From the human T2T-CHM13v2.0 reference genome, Homo sapiens: DNA of 64,000 nucleotides. The notes under the pieces were generated by a model that saw only the letters and a program-made list of their open reading frames with translations, was not told where the DNA came from and ran no database searches. The number at the start of each line of letters is the position of its first letter. Positions within the stretch are counted from its first letter, which is position 1. Below, in pieces: positions 48,299 through 60,910 of the stretch. Made by a program: the position numbers and the translations under genes. Location of the stretch: assembly GCF_009914755.1 (NCBI RefSeq), contig NC_060926.1; one strand, 5' to 3'.

Positions 48299-48424
48299 CA
48301 TCAGTCTATGTGATTTACAGATCTTATTGTCATGTCTGCCTGTCTTGCCTTTTTTTAGAAGTCTCATCAGTCTATGTGATTTACAGATCTTTTGTCATGT
48401 CTGCCTTTTTTTAGAAGTCTCATC
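48299..48424. repeat. Two-copy tandem duplication (66-bp and 56-bp units)
   Basis: CATCAGTCTATGTGATTTACAGATCTT...TTTTAGAAGTCT occurs twice, followed by CATC. Confidence 0.92.
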
Positions 48425-48776
48425 CTCCTCTTTTCTAGGTCCTGAAAACTCAAGACAATGGAACAATGCCAAGCAGTAAGATATGGATACAATGAGTAAA
48501 ATCTAAAGATTGGTTCCTTTAAGACAAAGGGATCAACATGTAATAACTTGGAAATATATAGCAAAGAGAGAGCCAAAGACGTCTTCTAGCCCTGCACTTT
48601 GCCTCCTACTAGAACCAGTGGGAAGATGCTCCAGGAAGTTAGCAGAGTCAGTTACAGTTAACTGCAGCTCAGTGTAAGGAAGAAACTCAACAGTGGAGTC
48701 ATTTTGAGAGGGAATAGGTTATTCTGAAAAGTAGGGAGTTTCCCTTCCCTATGGGAGTTGAATCCAAGGTTGGATC

Positions 48777-48955
48777 TTTTTTTTTTTTTTTTTTTTTTGA
48801 GATGTGGTTTTCCTATGTTGCCCAGGCTGGAGTGTACTGGCTATTCACAGGCATAATCACAGCATAGCACACCCTTGAACTCCTGGGCTCAAGGATCCTC
48901 CCACCTCAGCATCCTGAGTAGGTGGGACTACAGGTACACGCCACTGCACCTGGCC
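48777..48955 (-). mobile_element. FAM (fossil Alu monomer, 7SL-derived)
   Basis: Monomer retains the 7SL segment GGCTATTCACAGGC that dimeric Alus lack; poly-T. Confidence 0.8.
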
Positions 48956-49419
48956 TGGATGATCATTATTAATGAATGTTTTGTAGAAGGGATATAAACA
49001 TGAGATTGGTAGATGATCTGAATGACTTTTATGTTTGAGAGTATTTTATTCCATACTCACTGTAGCCTTATGTTCCCAATTTTAAATACATATATATATA
49101 CACACATATATATACACACACAGTTATATATGCTAATATGTTACTTATGACTAAATAGTATTTATTTTTTATGTTTCTCTAATATCATTTATATTAAGAA
49201 ATTAATTAATCAAAAAATCAATCTTTTGTCAGACCAAAAGCTTGAAAACAAAATATGGCCTGTATAACTATATTTCATGGAAAAAATAATAATCCAAACC
49301 ATTTCTCAGTGGCGTTTGTTCCTGGTTCCTTTTCCAGTACATTCATTCACTCATGAAAAATCATTTTTGGGCTCAAATGGTAGAGAAAACAAAGCCAAAA
49401 TTCTGAGCAGCAGTCCCAA

Positions 49420-49620
49420 CCCTAGGAAGCTGTGTGGTTATATTATCTAACATCTAAAGGGCTATTTAACCATTCTAGGACTTGGTTTTGTCATTTGTAA
49501 AAGGAGTGAAATAACAGAAGCTGCCTTACAGGATCGTTGTAAAGATTAATGTGTGAATATACGTGAGCCACTTAGAACAATGGCTGGTACATAGTAAGTA
49601 CTATTTGAGTGATAGCTTTC
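49420..49620 (+). mobile_element. MIR
   Basis: CATTTGTAAAAGG...GTTGTAAAGATTAA...CTTAGAACAATGGCTGGTACATAGTAAGTACT. Confidence 0.75.
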
Positions 49621-52138
49621 ATTATCATCATCATTCAACAACAATATTGTTATTCCAGGCTTGGGGAGCATAAACACGAATAGGACAGGACCTCTTTTTC
49701 TCTAAAGATGCATAGTCCGGCTAGAGAAAGCATGTAGGTAAACAGTGCAGGAAGGGGAGAGAATCACTGTAATGGGGAAATGTGCTAGCAACTCCAAATG
49801 GGAGATTGCAGAGAAGGCTGTCAGAGAAATAGGCTGTTGAGCTGGGTTTTGATGACTGACAAGGCATTTTCCAGGTAGAGGAGGGAAAAGTGATCTGGGC
49901 TGAAGGATGTCACTTTGTGTTTAGCAATCCTGAGGTTGCCTTAAATCAGCCTCAATCACTTCTGTTGAGTAGAAGCCTATGCTTTCTGTCCTGCCCTGGT
50001 TCTTGGCTGCAGGTCACAAAACATTTCAGTCCATTCAAGAATCCTTGAGAGCTCTCCTGGGGACCTCCTGGGCAATGCAGAGGTCAGACAGCAGAGCCAC
50101 ATTCTCAGGGAGAGTGGCACAGTCAAGGGAGAAGACAGGTGAAGAGAATGTTTTCCTGTGAAGGTGGTGAGCTGATTGCCTTAGAGAGCGTGAGCTCCTG
50201 CCTTAGAGAGCAGGTGAACTCTCTCCAAGAAAGCAAATGGAAACAAGCAAGCAAAACACGTTTCTTTCTCTTGTGTCTACACCCCCAGCCCCCACCACCC
50301 ATGAGTAAAGTGTCTTATCTAGGTCTTACAATCAGCCTTCCTATCCAATATTCAGATTTATCTGAACATGAGACCCAACGGTAACTCTTGTCCCCCACGG
50401 CTCACGTGATGTAAAGGCTTACCTGGAGGATCTCGCCTATTCATAGCATCTTTGTCTCCATGTCCTTATCATCATGTCCTCTTTCGGGAAGCAAAAGAAA
50501 AGACCTTTTGCTCATTTCACTTACTTGAGGAGACTGTTTCAAATTGCTATTTCTATATGGCAAATTTTACCTCCACCCTGACTTAACTAGGTGAGGGTAG
50601 AAAATGAGACCTGTGGAACAGAGGAAAAGCGAATGCAAGGGGATGAGCGGCAGCAGCAAGAACATCCTGGACCATTGGGGTGAGATCAATGAAACCCACA
50701 CTGGAGCCCAGGCCCTGATGTCCCCTGAGCTCCTCCTCCACAGCCTGTCAACTCCTGTGTCTCTGCAGTCCTAAATAAACAAGAAGCAGCAGGTAATTTT
50801 ATTTCCAATCCATGTTCACAAGAGGCTTCCTTTACTGGCATCTTGCTGACAGGACCTTGCCTTACAATGTGGAGTCACTTTTGCCCAGTTTAGCTCAGAC
50901 AACTTCCTAGCAGGGAAGTAGGGAGTGGATGGCTGGCTGGAGGTCTGGAAGGGGGACACACATGGAAGGGGGTTGTTGTTTCTATTAAAAATGGACAGTG
51001 CCGCAGCTGTGGTCTGGCCTCCTACTCTCTCTCAAGCTGTAATCCAAGGGTTGTCCAGTGCCACGGGTTGGCTATTGAAAACCTAAGTTGTTGAATCACC
51101 TTTGAAAACAGACTCAAATTCAGACTGATCAGCCCAGAGCAGAATTCTGTTGGGCATGTTCCCCAGGCAAAACTGTTGAGTAGAGATGTAAAAAAAAAAA
51201 ATTCTAGAAACTGAAACATCATGAGAGCCACTTTACAGCAAATCTAATTACTTCCCATTGTTTACAATCACTGTCACAAATGATTATCATTTGTTAAATA
51301 TTTGCTGAATTCACTTCTCACTTCTCTCTTAGCAGTTGATTTGGGTTTAGTCATGGATGGCTCCCTACTCTCTCTTCGTATTGAAGCTCATTTTATCCAA
51401 GATGTTATACAGATGAGGGACTTACTGCTAACCTTGTTCTCAGGGAAGCTCCAAACTAAAGAATCAAAAAATATGATAAACTTGGGCCAAAAATCCCATC
51501 CACAGTTATGGGAATACCATGACTGGGCATATGAGACACCTGATTTTCAGCCTAAGGAAGCACCATCGGCGAGACATACAGTATCACAATCTGGCTATAT
51601 TTTATGCTCCCTTTCCATCAGTCTGGGATAAATTGTGTGTGTCAAGTTCGGCAAGCATGGGTGAGCTAAATGGAGCTGTTAGCTGTCTTTTCAACATATT
51701 TATCTGTTTCATTGCCTACTCTAGGATGTCTTTGTGATCATTATATAGGGATCACAGATAATAGACTATTTGAAATCTTACTTCAATTAAAACTTAATCC
51801 TCAGATGTCAATAACAGTGTTTTATACATAAGGTTACAATAAAAACAATGTCTTTTGTGCATATCATTAAAACAACAACAGAAAATCAAGAATAAGAAAT
51901 GGCCTGAACATTTTCTAAAACAAGATGCTCTACTATGTCGTGTACCTTGTCACTGTGATAAAATTATGGTTATTTCAATATCTATGCAACTTGACAAAGT
52001 CACACAGGATTTATAAGAAAAAAAATCACATAAAATATATCATCTCTCAATTTAAATCCATTCACAATTAGAGGTTTTCATTGTATATAAGAGAAGTGAT
52101 TGCAAAAGATGCTTTTATTTTATAAAATTAAGAATACA

Positions 52139-52444
52139 GGCCGGGTGCAGTGCCTCACGTCTGTAATACCAGCACTTTGGGATGCCAAGGCGGGTGGATC
52201 ACTTGAGGCCAGGAGTTCAAGACCAGCCTGGCCAACATGGCAAAACCCTGTCTCTACTAAAAATACACAAAATTAGCTGGATATGGTGGTGAAGGCCTGT
52301 AATCTCAGCTACTCAGGAGGGTGACGCATGAGAATCTCTTGAACATGAGAGGTGGAGGTTGCAGTGAGCTGAAAACGCACCACTACACTACAGTCTGGGT
52401 GACAGAGTGAGACTCTGTCTCAAAAATAAATAAATATATATATA
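52139..52444 (+). mobile_element. AluSz-like with TSD
   Basis: GGATCACTTGAGGCCAGG; TSD AAGAATACA at 52130-52138 and 52445-52453. Confidence 0.92.
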
Positions 52445-52859
52445 AAGAATACAACCCAGGTTTAAAAGAGATTAATACTTTCATTCATGTAGTGTATAAG
52501 GACATCCAAAATAGTTCAGGAAATACAAAATAATGGAATGTGTTCATTGAGGAGAGGCTGTTGAAGAGTAAGAGATTGGAGTGAAATTTGTTTTAGCAAG
52601 CCATTAGCTTGGAGGAAACCCTCTGTCCCTTGCTGTGCATCAGGTAAACCATTTCACCAAAACATTTTGTAAAGGTGAAGGTGATGATGAAATTTCTTCT
52701 CCCTCTGCCCATTTTACAGCGTCATCAGGACTCAAGATGTTTGCTATAGTTTATTCACCAATAGAGCACTTTTGCTATGTTTTGGCATCCATTGTCCTTT
52801 TCTCTTGTTATAGTGCCTCAATTCTTGTTTGGCTTTCTATTTCTCCACCGTGAAATTCT

Positions 52860-53330
52860 AGTGTTCCAATGCAAACTGACTTCACCTCCAGTCGAAGAAT
52901 GATAAATTATTAGCTTATGCCAATCAATACATTTCATACATCCCATCTCAGAGGCCACAGTGATTGATTCAGGATGGGCATGTGACCCAATTTTCCCAGG
53001 AAATGTCAGAGTTCTTGCTTCTAGGTAAGAACCTCCTCTGGCTTCCATGGAAGCACTTAAAGAAAACCTCTCATTCTGGGTGATGTGCAGTGTGGCTGTG
53101 AGGCCAAGTTTATTGCAATCACCATACTATCATGAAGAATGAAGTCCCTGGAGGGAGGAAAGATATAGAAAATCGCAGAAAAACATGACCAGAATTTTTA
53201 TCAATACATGTTTAAATCATACCTTGCCTCTGAAATTTTCAGTTACACGAACCAATAAATCCCCATTTATAATTTAAGTCAATTTGAGTTGAGTTTTCTG
53301 TTATTTGCAACTAGATCTTAACTAGGAACA
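52860..53330 (+). mobile_element. MLT1K-like MaLR LTR
   Basis: GGCCACAGTGATTGATTCAGGATGGGCATGTGACCCAA...CCAATAAATCCCC...GAGTTTTCTGTTATTTGCAAC. Confidence 0.7.
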
Positions 53331-53334
53331 CATA

Positions 53335-53570
53335 GCATTAATTGTGCCCTTTCCATAAGCCAATCACTATTAGAAGGGCTTTATATTATTTTATTTCATC
53401 TTCACAATAGCCCTTTGAGGTAGGTGTGGTTATCTCCATTCTAAAGAAAGGAAATAGAATCACAGAGATGTTAAATAGTTTGCATAAAATTATAAACAGA
53501 TGATAAGAGTTAAAACCATATTCAAATCCAGAGAATCTGAATCAAAACCCACGCTCTTAACATTTATGGT
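53335..53570 (-). mobile_element. MIR
   Basis: CTTCACAATAGCCCTTTGAGGTAGG...CACAGAGATGTTAAATAGTTTGC...TTCAAATCCAG. Confidence 0.75.
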
Positions 53571-54417
53571 ACAGCACTTCACTCATCTCCCCCAACGTTA
53601 GGCAAAACTATAGCAAAACAGCCTAGAGATCTTCGTCTGAAAGATTCCAATGGAGGGGACATGATACTGATCATTGATAATATGCTGTCCTTCTTGCCTG
53701 TGGCTAATTCATCCACTCAACATTTATTTTAAAAATATATATCCAGTGCTTACTATGTGCCAGCCACTATTCTAAATACTGAAGATGTAGTAACTACTCT
53801 TATGGAACCTACATGTAGTGGTGGAAACAAGCAATAAACAAACAAATATAAAATTTAGTATCAGGTAGTGATAATTGCTATTAAGAAAATTAAGACAGGG
53901 TAAAGAGGGCCAAAGCACACTGGAATAAAAATGATCGGGAACATTTCACATAAATTTATCAGTATAATCAAGTTGAAATTTCTAGGGGCAAACAACTAAA
54001 GATGAGAGGTGGGCAGGTGTAGAATCACTCCATTCTAATCCACAACCCGATATTACAAGTTCAAGCATATCAGTAGCATCACGTCACTTGATATAGTTTC
54101 TGTCTCTGTCACACCCAAGTGTGGATATCAGGAAAACCAGATTCTCATAATGGCATGAGGGAATTTTAGAAGAGTGCAATCAATCAAGGATGTAAGCATT
54201 CAGACAGTCATGGCAAAAGGCCCACAAATAATCAGTTATCTTCTTGGTAGGATGGGTTTTGATCCAGACACCAAATATCAACAACCAAAGCTAAGGATCA
54301 GCAGATGACCTTGTCTAGGAACTGTTAGAGAAACAGGAGATACCCAGGGTGAAGGGCGGAGGGAGACTGAGTGTATATTATCCCAGAAAAGTCATTTTTA
54401 GAAAGGCAATTGTTTTC

Positions 54418-55105
54418 TCATTAAAAAATCAAAAATTAGATGTTGGTGAGGTTGCAGAGAAAATGGAACTCGTGGGCTGTTGGTGGGAATGTAAATTAGT
54501 TCAGCCACGTGAAGAGAAGTTTGGAGATTTCTCAAAGAACTGAGAGTTGAACTACCATTCAACTCAGCATTCCCACTACTGGGTATAAACCCAGAGGAAA
54601 ATAAATCATTCTACCAAAAAGACCACATGTGCCCACATGTTCACAGCAGCACTATTCATAATAGCAGAGACATGAGATCACTCCAGGTGCCTATGAAGGG
54701 TGGACTGGATAAGGAAACTGTGGTACACATGCACCATGGAATACTATACAACCATAAAAAATAATAAAATCATGTTCTTTGCAGCAACATGGATGCAACT
54801 AGAAACCATTATCCTAAGTAAAGTAATGCAGAAACAGAAAACCAAATACTGCCATGTTCTCACTTACAAGTGGGAGCTAAATACTGGGTACTCATAGTCA
54901 TAAAATGGGAAAAATAGACACTGGGGAATACAAGATGGGAGGGGTAAAGGTTGTGAAAAACTACCTGTTGGGTACTATGCTCATTACTTGGGTGACCAAT
55001 TTATTTATACTCCAGACCTCAGCATCATGCAATACAGCTTTGTAACAAACCTGCACATGTACCCTCTGTCTCTGATTCTAAAATAAAAGTTTTAAAAAAG
55101 GGAAA
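54418..55105 (+). mobile_element. 5'-truncated L1PA16/L1PB 3' end
   Basis: Peptide DWIRKLWYTCTMEYY...FAATWMQLETIILSK; 3'UTR ending AACAAACCTGCACATGTACCC...AAATAAAAG. Confidence 0.88.
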
Positions 55106-56559
55106 AACAATGGCCAATACTAAATTCAGTATAATTTTAAGCAAGAAAATATATATACTTTCGATCTATTTTATGCCATTGGGATATGGAACTAGCATCT
55201 CAACCTATAAAAGGTTGTTGCCATCAATTGGAGTTAAAGAAAAATAGCTGGTGGAAGAGCTTTTGATTCTGTTTAGATATGAACAATGAGTTGAAAGAAG
55301 TGTTCTATTTAAACCGTTTGTATTAAGCAACAATTAGTATAAGCCACTGAGTAAACAATTAGCAAACAGTTTACTAGCAAGTAGAATTTCATCTTTACAT
55401 CTTGTAATTGAACACACCTTAAAAGAGATTAATAATTGTAGTTACTAATAGACTATTTAACTAGATTAGTAAGACTATTAAAAATGAAGCATGATCAGTT
55501 CTCTTCCAATTAACCATGTATTTGATACACTTGACTGTTGAAAGCATGAGTCCATAACCAAGGCACCAAAGCAGATTGTCTCCGTTGAAAGTACCCAAAG
55601 GGACATGGAAAATCTGCCAAAATCGGCAACAATGACACTCCTAGGAAGTCTAAGTGATCCCACTGCCTTCCTTTACACTAAGGAGTGAGGTTCAGTTGCT
55701 ATCCCAATCTTTGTGCTTTTTTTTTTTTCAGTTAAAAATTGGCTTGAAACACTATAATGCATGTTGAACCATCCACTTGAATTGGATGCCTCACCCATCA
55801 TAAACATTCCCCTTTTTATGCCTGGGGTTATTTACATTGACCTACATAAGTCATGGACTTGAATAATAGGTTCCAGGGCTCTCACAACCAGGCTCTAATC
55901 TGCCACTGCTTATTAAGAATGGCCTTGCTTGCAAAGTAAATTTGTGGTTCCTTTTCTTTTATTTTCATTCCTCAGGTGCCTTTTAAGTTGCCTTTTGGGT
56001 CAACAATAACCCACCAACTTTGGAGCAACCAAAGCCATAACACAGGAGACAGAAGGAAGAAAAGATCTCTGGGGAAATCTGCAGATTAATCAAGAAAAGT
56101 CAGAGAAAGGGACTCTTCAGTAGGTAGAGCTTAAGGACCACAAGTCCGCCTCTCCCAGCCTAGCATGTTGAACACGGAACAGGGAATAGCCAAATAAGGT
56201 GTGAAAGCAGGTCCCATTAGGTGCCCATTTCCTGCTTCCACTGCTTCCACGTAAAACCACCCTTGTTTAGGGGTGATAGGGAAGGTGGGTGGAGAAGAGA
56301 ATTATTGTACATATACTTTGGTCATCCAGGGTCACTTTCCTCCCCTCCAACTGAAGCTGCAGCAGCAGGGAGCTCAGGAACTTCATTCTACCCAATTCTG
56401 TGCATGTGCAGGAGGAATAGTCACTGTCTTCAGTGTCTTCAGCCCCATCCCTGAGCCACAAAGGATGAGACTGGTACAATTTGTCAGTTTCGGACAGTAG
56501 CAGAAAAGCCACCCAGGGTGTGGGCTATGTCATTGGCAGGGGCAGAATGGGCCTTGATA

Positions 56560-56770
56560 AAAAGCACTTGTGGATTCTGGTGTGTTCAAATCTCAGCTCC
56601 ATCACGTCCCAGCAATAAGACCTTGGGCCAATCAGCAAACCACATTTGGCCTATCCTAGAATGGATATAATCCTTGTGTGTAGCTACCTCAAAGCACTAT
56701 TATAAGGAATAAATGAGATAAGTTTAAAATGCTACAGCAGTAACAACTCAGTTCATTGTAACTATTGTCA
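56560..56770 (+). mobile_element. MIR
   Basis: GTTCAAATCTCAGCTCCATCAC...GACCTTGGGC...TAAATGAGATAA. Confidence 0.65.
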
Positions 56771-57039
56771 CTATTAAGAAAAAGTACGGGGCTCTCTGCT
56801 GAGACAGCAGTGGTCTCTGTGCTCACCCTCATGCATATGTCCTAGTGTGTTCCTTAAATCACACAAGCCTACTCTTCTGATTGTCTGAAACTTCAGGATG
56901 ACAATTTCACTTTATGAGCACAGAACATATTTACACAATGCTGCTTCACTCATCAATTAATTAGGTTCTTGTCCCAACAAGATTGCAAGGTCCTCCTCAG
57001 AGAAGGTCATGAGTCTTGCCTCTGCTGGACCAGTCCCTC

Positions 57040-57250
57040 CCTGCACAGCACATAACTGAACTTATAGCACTTTCCACACTGTATTCTAATGGTCTGTTTT
57101 CATGTCTGTTTTCCCACTGACTTGCCATCTCTTTAAGAATAAAGATTGGGTCTTACAGACTAGTTTTGTCTCTAATAACTAGCATGATGTCCATAGCATA
57201 TTCAATAAATATTAAATAAATGTTTTTGAGGTAAGAATGTAAATAAATAA
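57040..57250 (+). mobile_element. L2 3' end
   Basis: ATAGCACTT...TGTCTGTTTTCCCACTGACT...TTCAATAAATATT. Confidence 0.65.
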
Positions 57251-57459
57251 AGAGTAGATGCTATTATTGCATAAGATACATGTCTTAGGATGTGTTTATA
57301 GATGACCCGTGTGCATCCTGATGCTTTGGACAGGGGTAGCCTGAGAATGCACAAGGAAATCAACCCAAAAAAAAATACTAGAGTTGAAGTCTCCCTCCTT
57401 CTCTCTCTCTCTCTCTAACTTATTCTCCCCTCACATCTCCCCTGTTATTTATCTCTTTC

Positions 57460-57461
<2 letters not shown>

Positions 57462-57513
<52 letters not shown>
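57462..57513. repeat. (TG)~25 microsatellite
   Basis: Read directly. Confidence 0.97.
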
Positions 57514-57515
<2 letters not shown>

Positions 57516-58507
57516 AGACCTTTCCAGAGGGTTGAGAGGTTTCTGTAGAAGGTGCAGGTGACTCGGTAGGATAAGGTACAGGTGACTGATTTTGGCGAGC
57601 CATATCTATCTCACATTAATTATTACAAATGCCTAAGGGTGCTTCTCTAAACATGGACTGTGCAACTGGATAGAAATCACCAGACCCTGTACTTTGGCTG
57701 GGCTGGAGAATAAGGAGAGTCCCTGTCCAAGGCCATTTTGATACCAAGATCTATTCTAGGCCAGGCAAAGTAGGACAGCATACTTACCCTTGGAGAAAGA
57801 GTAACATTTTTGGTAATTATGTAAAAGGACTTGATTCCTTGGTGGGCAGCCTAATAATCTGATATGCACTGGTTTCCTTCCCAAAGCAAATGGAACAACT
57901 TCAGTCCTTTCTTCCAACCATATTATAAACATGTGCACATCACACATCTAAAAACCTAGTCAGCTCTTCCTGCAAAATGTTTTTTTCTCCACTGTTTTAC
58001 TGAGCTTTTCTTCAAAGTTTTCTTGAGCTTTCAGAGGGATGAGCAAAGGAGATACTATAAATGAAAGCACTATCCAGGTTATAGTTACATTTTCCTGTTG
58101 CCAGAGAGACTGGCACAGGTAACACATAAATCAGAATAAGCAAATAAGTCTATGTCTTTTCATGCCTACCATTGGCCAGCAAGGCTCAAGCTATGCAAGG
58201 AATGTTTAGAATAAGCTGTTCCAGGCTTACAGATGCCCAGGGCACCTTCGCCCGTTAACCCTTCTGCTGCCTCTCCCCAGCACAAGGAGGACCTCCTCTT
58301 GGCCCAAGACCTGGTAACATTTCTGGGTCTTCCTTGCTTATTACAGCTATACCTTTGAGCCAGTTTCTTGGGAATACCTTCCTTTTTCTGCCTTCACCTT
58401 ATCGACAAATAATATATTTTAAGGGTGTATATATTTTACACATTTTAATAAATCTGTCTAGCAGGAAGACAAGAACTCACATTCACTTGGGAGTATCAAA
58501 TGTTTAC

Positions 58508-58743
58508 TTTTTTTTTTTTTTTGAGATGGAGTCTCATTCTGCCATCCAGGCTGGAGTGCAGTGTCCCAATCTAGGTTCACTGCAGCCTCCACCTCCTGGA
58601 TTCAAGCATCCTGCCTCAGCATTCTGCCTCAGCATCCTGAGTAGCTGGGATTACAGAGGCACGTGCTACCATGCCTGGCTAATTTTTTAATTATTATTAT
58701 TTCTTTTAGTAGAGATGGGGTTTCACCATGTTGGTGAGGCTGG
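58508..58743 (-). mobile_element. 5'-truncated AluS with 14-bp TSD
   Basis: TSD AAATGTTTACTTTT at 58498-58511 and 58744-58757; internal 13-bp duplication CATCCTGCCTCAG/CATTCTGCCTCAG. Confidence 0.9.
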
Positions 58744-60039
58744 AAATGTTTACTTTTAACATTATCTTTGAATGACTATTTACTATCCTTTGTCCATATA
58801 GTGCCACAGGGATACATAGATAGGTTTCAAAAAAAATTATACAAATTGAAACTGGATTCCTATTACTGGGCCACACTGACATTATCGTACCAAGTATTAA
58901 TATATATCTTGTTAATCCTATAATTATAGTTTGAATAATTCAATTATATTGCATTTTTTCTTAAAAGTGTTAATTTGTTAAATGTAAACATTTTAAAAAC
59001 CTGCTACAATTCTTTGTAATTTTGTCTGACATCTCTTCATTACATATGAAAACTCAAAGGAATTTTTTTTTTTAATGAAAAAAGGAAAAAATATGGCCTT
59101 GTCTTTCCTCATGCTGAGAGGTACTGCCAGTAGGACCCTCAGGCTGTGACCTGAATTTTGAGGGGTCCTGTGCTTTGAGAAAGAAGCAGGCACCAACTTG
59201 GGCTCAGAGGTCTCCTTGCCATAACTAAGAGCCCTCCTGGGTGGCTTGAGACTGGGTGCTGTTTCTCCTTTCTACTCTGTCCTCTCAGGACTCACAGAAA
59301 GCAGACAGCCAAACATTTTAAATAAGTAACTTGAAGAATTATATGATGTTGAGCCATTCAGTTTTTTTAAAGATAATTCTGTGGATTCTAAAAGCAAATG
59401 GTGGACTATAATACAGGGAACGAGGTACTAAATTTCTATTAATTCATAAAAACTAAAATAGAATCCATTAAGCATGGTGGGGTATTGGTGTGAAAGGAGA
59501 TGTAAATTATCCATGATCATGCTTGAAATGCAAAACCTGATCATGTTTGGCATCAGGCCAGCTCCCATTAAAGTAATTATTTTTAATCATCAGCACTTGG
59601 TGACATGAATACTCATATTTGTTGATTTACTGAGAAAAGCACTTTATATTGTAAATAAAAAGGATGGAAAATATACATTTGGATTTTAGAACAAATGATA
59701 ATGATTATTCTCGCTTTCTGAGGGTCTTTCCTTGGATAAAGCCAGAAAAAAGTCTGTTTCCATGTGGCTCATATGTGGCCCCCATATAAATGTCAATGGC
59801 GGCATGTGTGAGCTTATTTTTATGTCCCATTTTCAAATGGGATAGTTGGTTCTATTCTTAAATGAAGATCGGGGAATAGGGGATTTCTGATGATTTCTTT
59901 CATGGCAACCAAAGGAGACATAGAAAATGGCTATTAAAATGTATCCTAACAACTGCCATAAGCACCCTTGGAAACCTTAGAACAAATAATTGCTTTCATT
60001 CTACCTCAGTTTGCCAGCTTCTGCTGGGATTTGGGAGGT

Positions 60040-60910
60040 GAATCACATTTACCAGGGAAACAGGGGCCAGAGGGATATTCCAAGTAAGGCAAAAACACAT
60101 GCAAAAGAGTCTAGGAAATAGCCTGGTGTGTGTCAGAAAAGAGAGACATGCTATAGAAGGAGGAGGATTGACCCCTCAGTCCGTGGCTTCCAAACATAAG
60201 TGCACTTAGAAAAAAATCTTTCAAACCTGCTTAACATTGCCGCTTTCTATGTCTTACCTACTCCCGTTCTCCTGCAAAATTCACATTCTGTTGTCCCAGA
60301 GCAGAGCTCAGGATGTGCACTTTGGTAAGCACAGCCTTACACCAAGTCACTGACCCCTCACTGATATGGAAGCAGGTGGTCTCCCTTTGGGCCATGCTGT
60401 AGTAAGTGACTGGGGGGCCCATGAAGAGTTTTGCACAGAGCAGCTATCCCTTCCTTGGCAATTTGGAAAATTGACTACAAGGAGCAAGACTGAAGGCAGG
60501 AAGACTGGTTACTGTAATAACTGAATTATTGCAGTAGTGCTGGGGATGGAAAGGAAGCAATAAGTTTGAGAGACATTTGGTAGGGAAATGTGAGAAGATA
60601 TGAAGGCTGATGACACGTGGGGTCCAGGAAGAAAAAGTCAAAGATGACCCTAGTACATCTGGCCCAGAGGACTGGGGAGGTGAGAGGATGCTATCAACCA
60701 GGGCAGGAGGAAGAGGAGTGCGTTCTTTCTTCTTTTGTCTTCTGGGGGATGGGACTGGGAAGGAATCTGGGGGGTATGAATGTACTTGTTGGACAAATTT
60801 TCACAGATTCATCTGTGAGTCAAATTGGTGGAAGGCATGAAGTAAGTCTGAAGTTCCCGAAGATGGTGCGAGCTTCAGAAACAAATCTGAGAGTCATCAG
60901 TTTATAATCA
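60040..60910 (-). mobile_element. L2 fragments with a nested MER5-like element (~60180-60400)
   Basis: GCAAGACTGAAGGCAGGAAGACTGGTTA, AGTCAAAGATGAC and AAATCTGAGAGTCATCAG. Confidence 0.6.
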
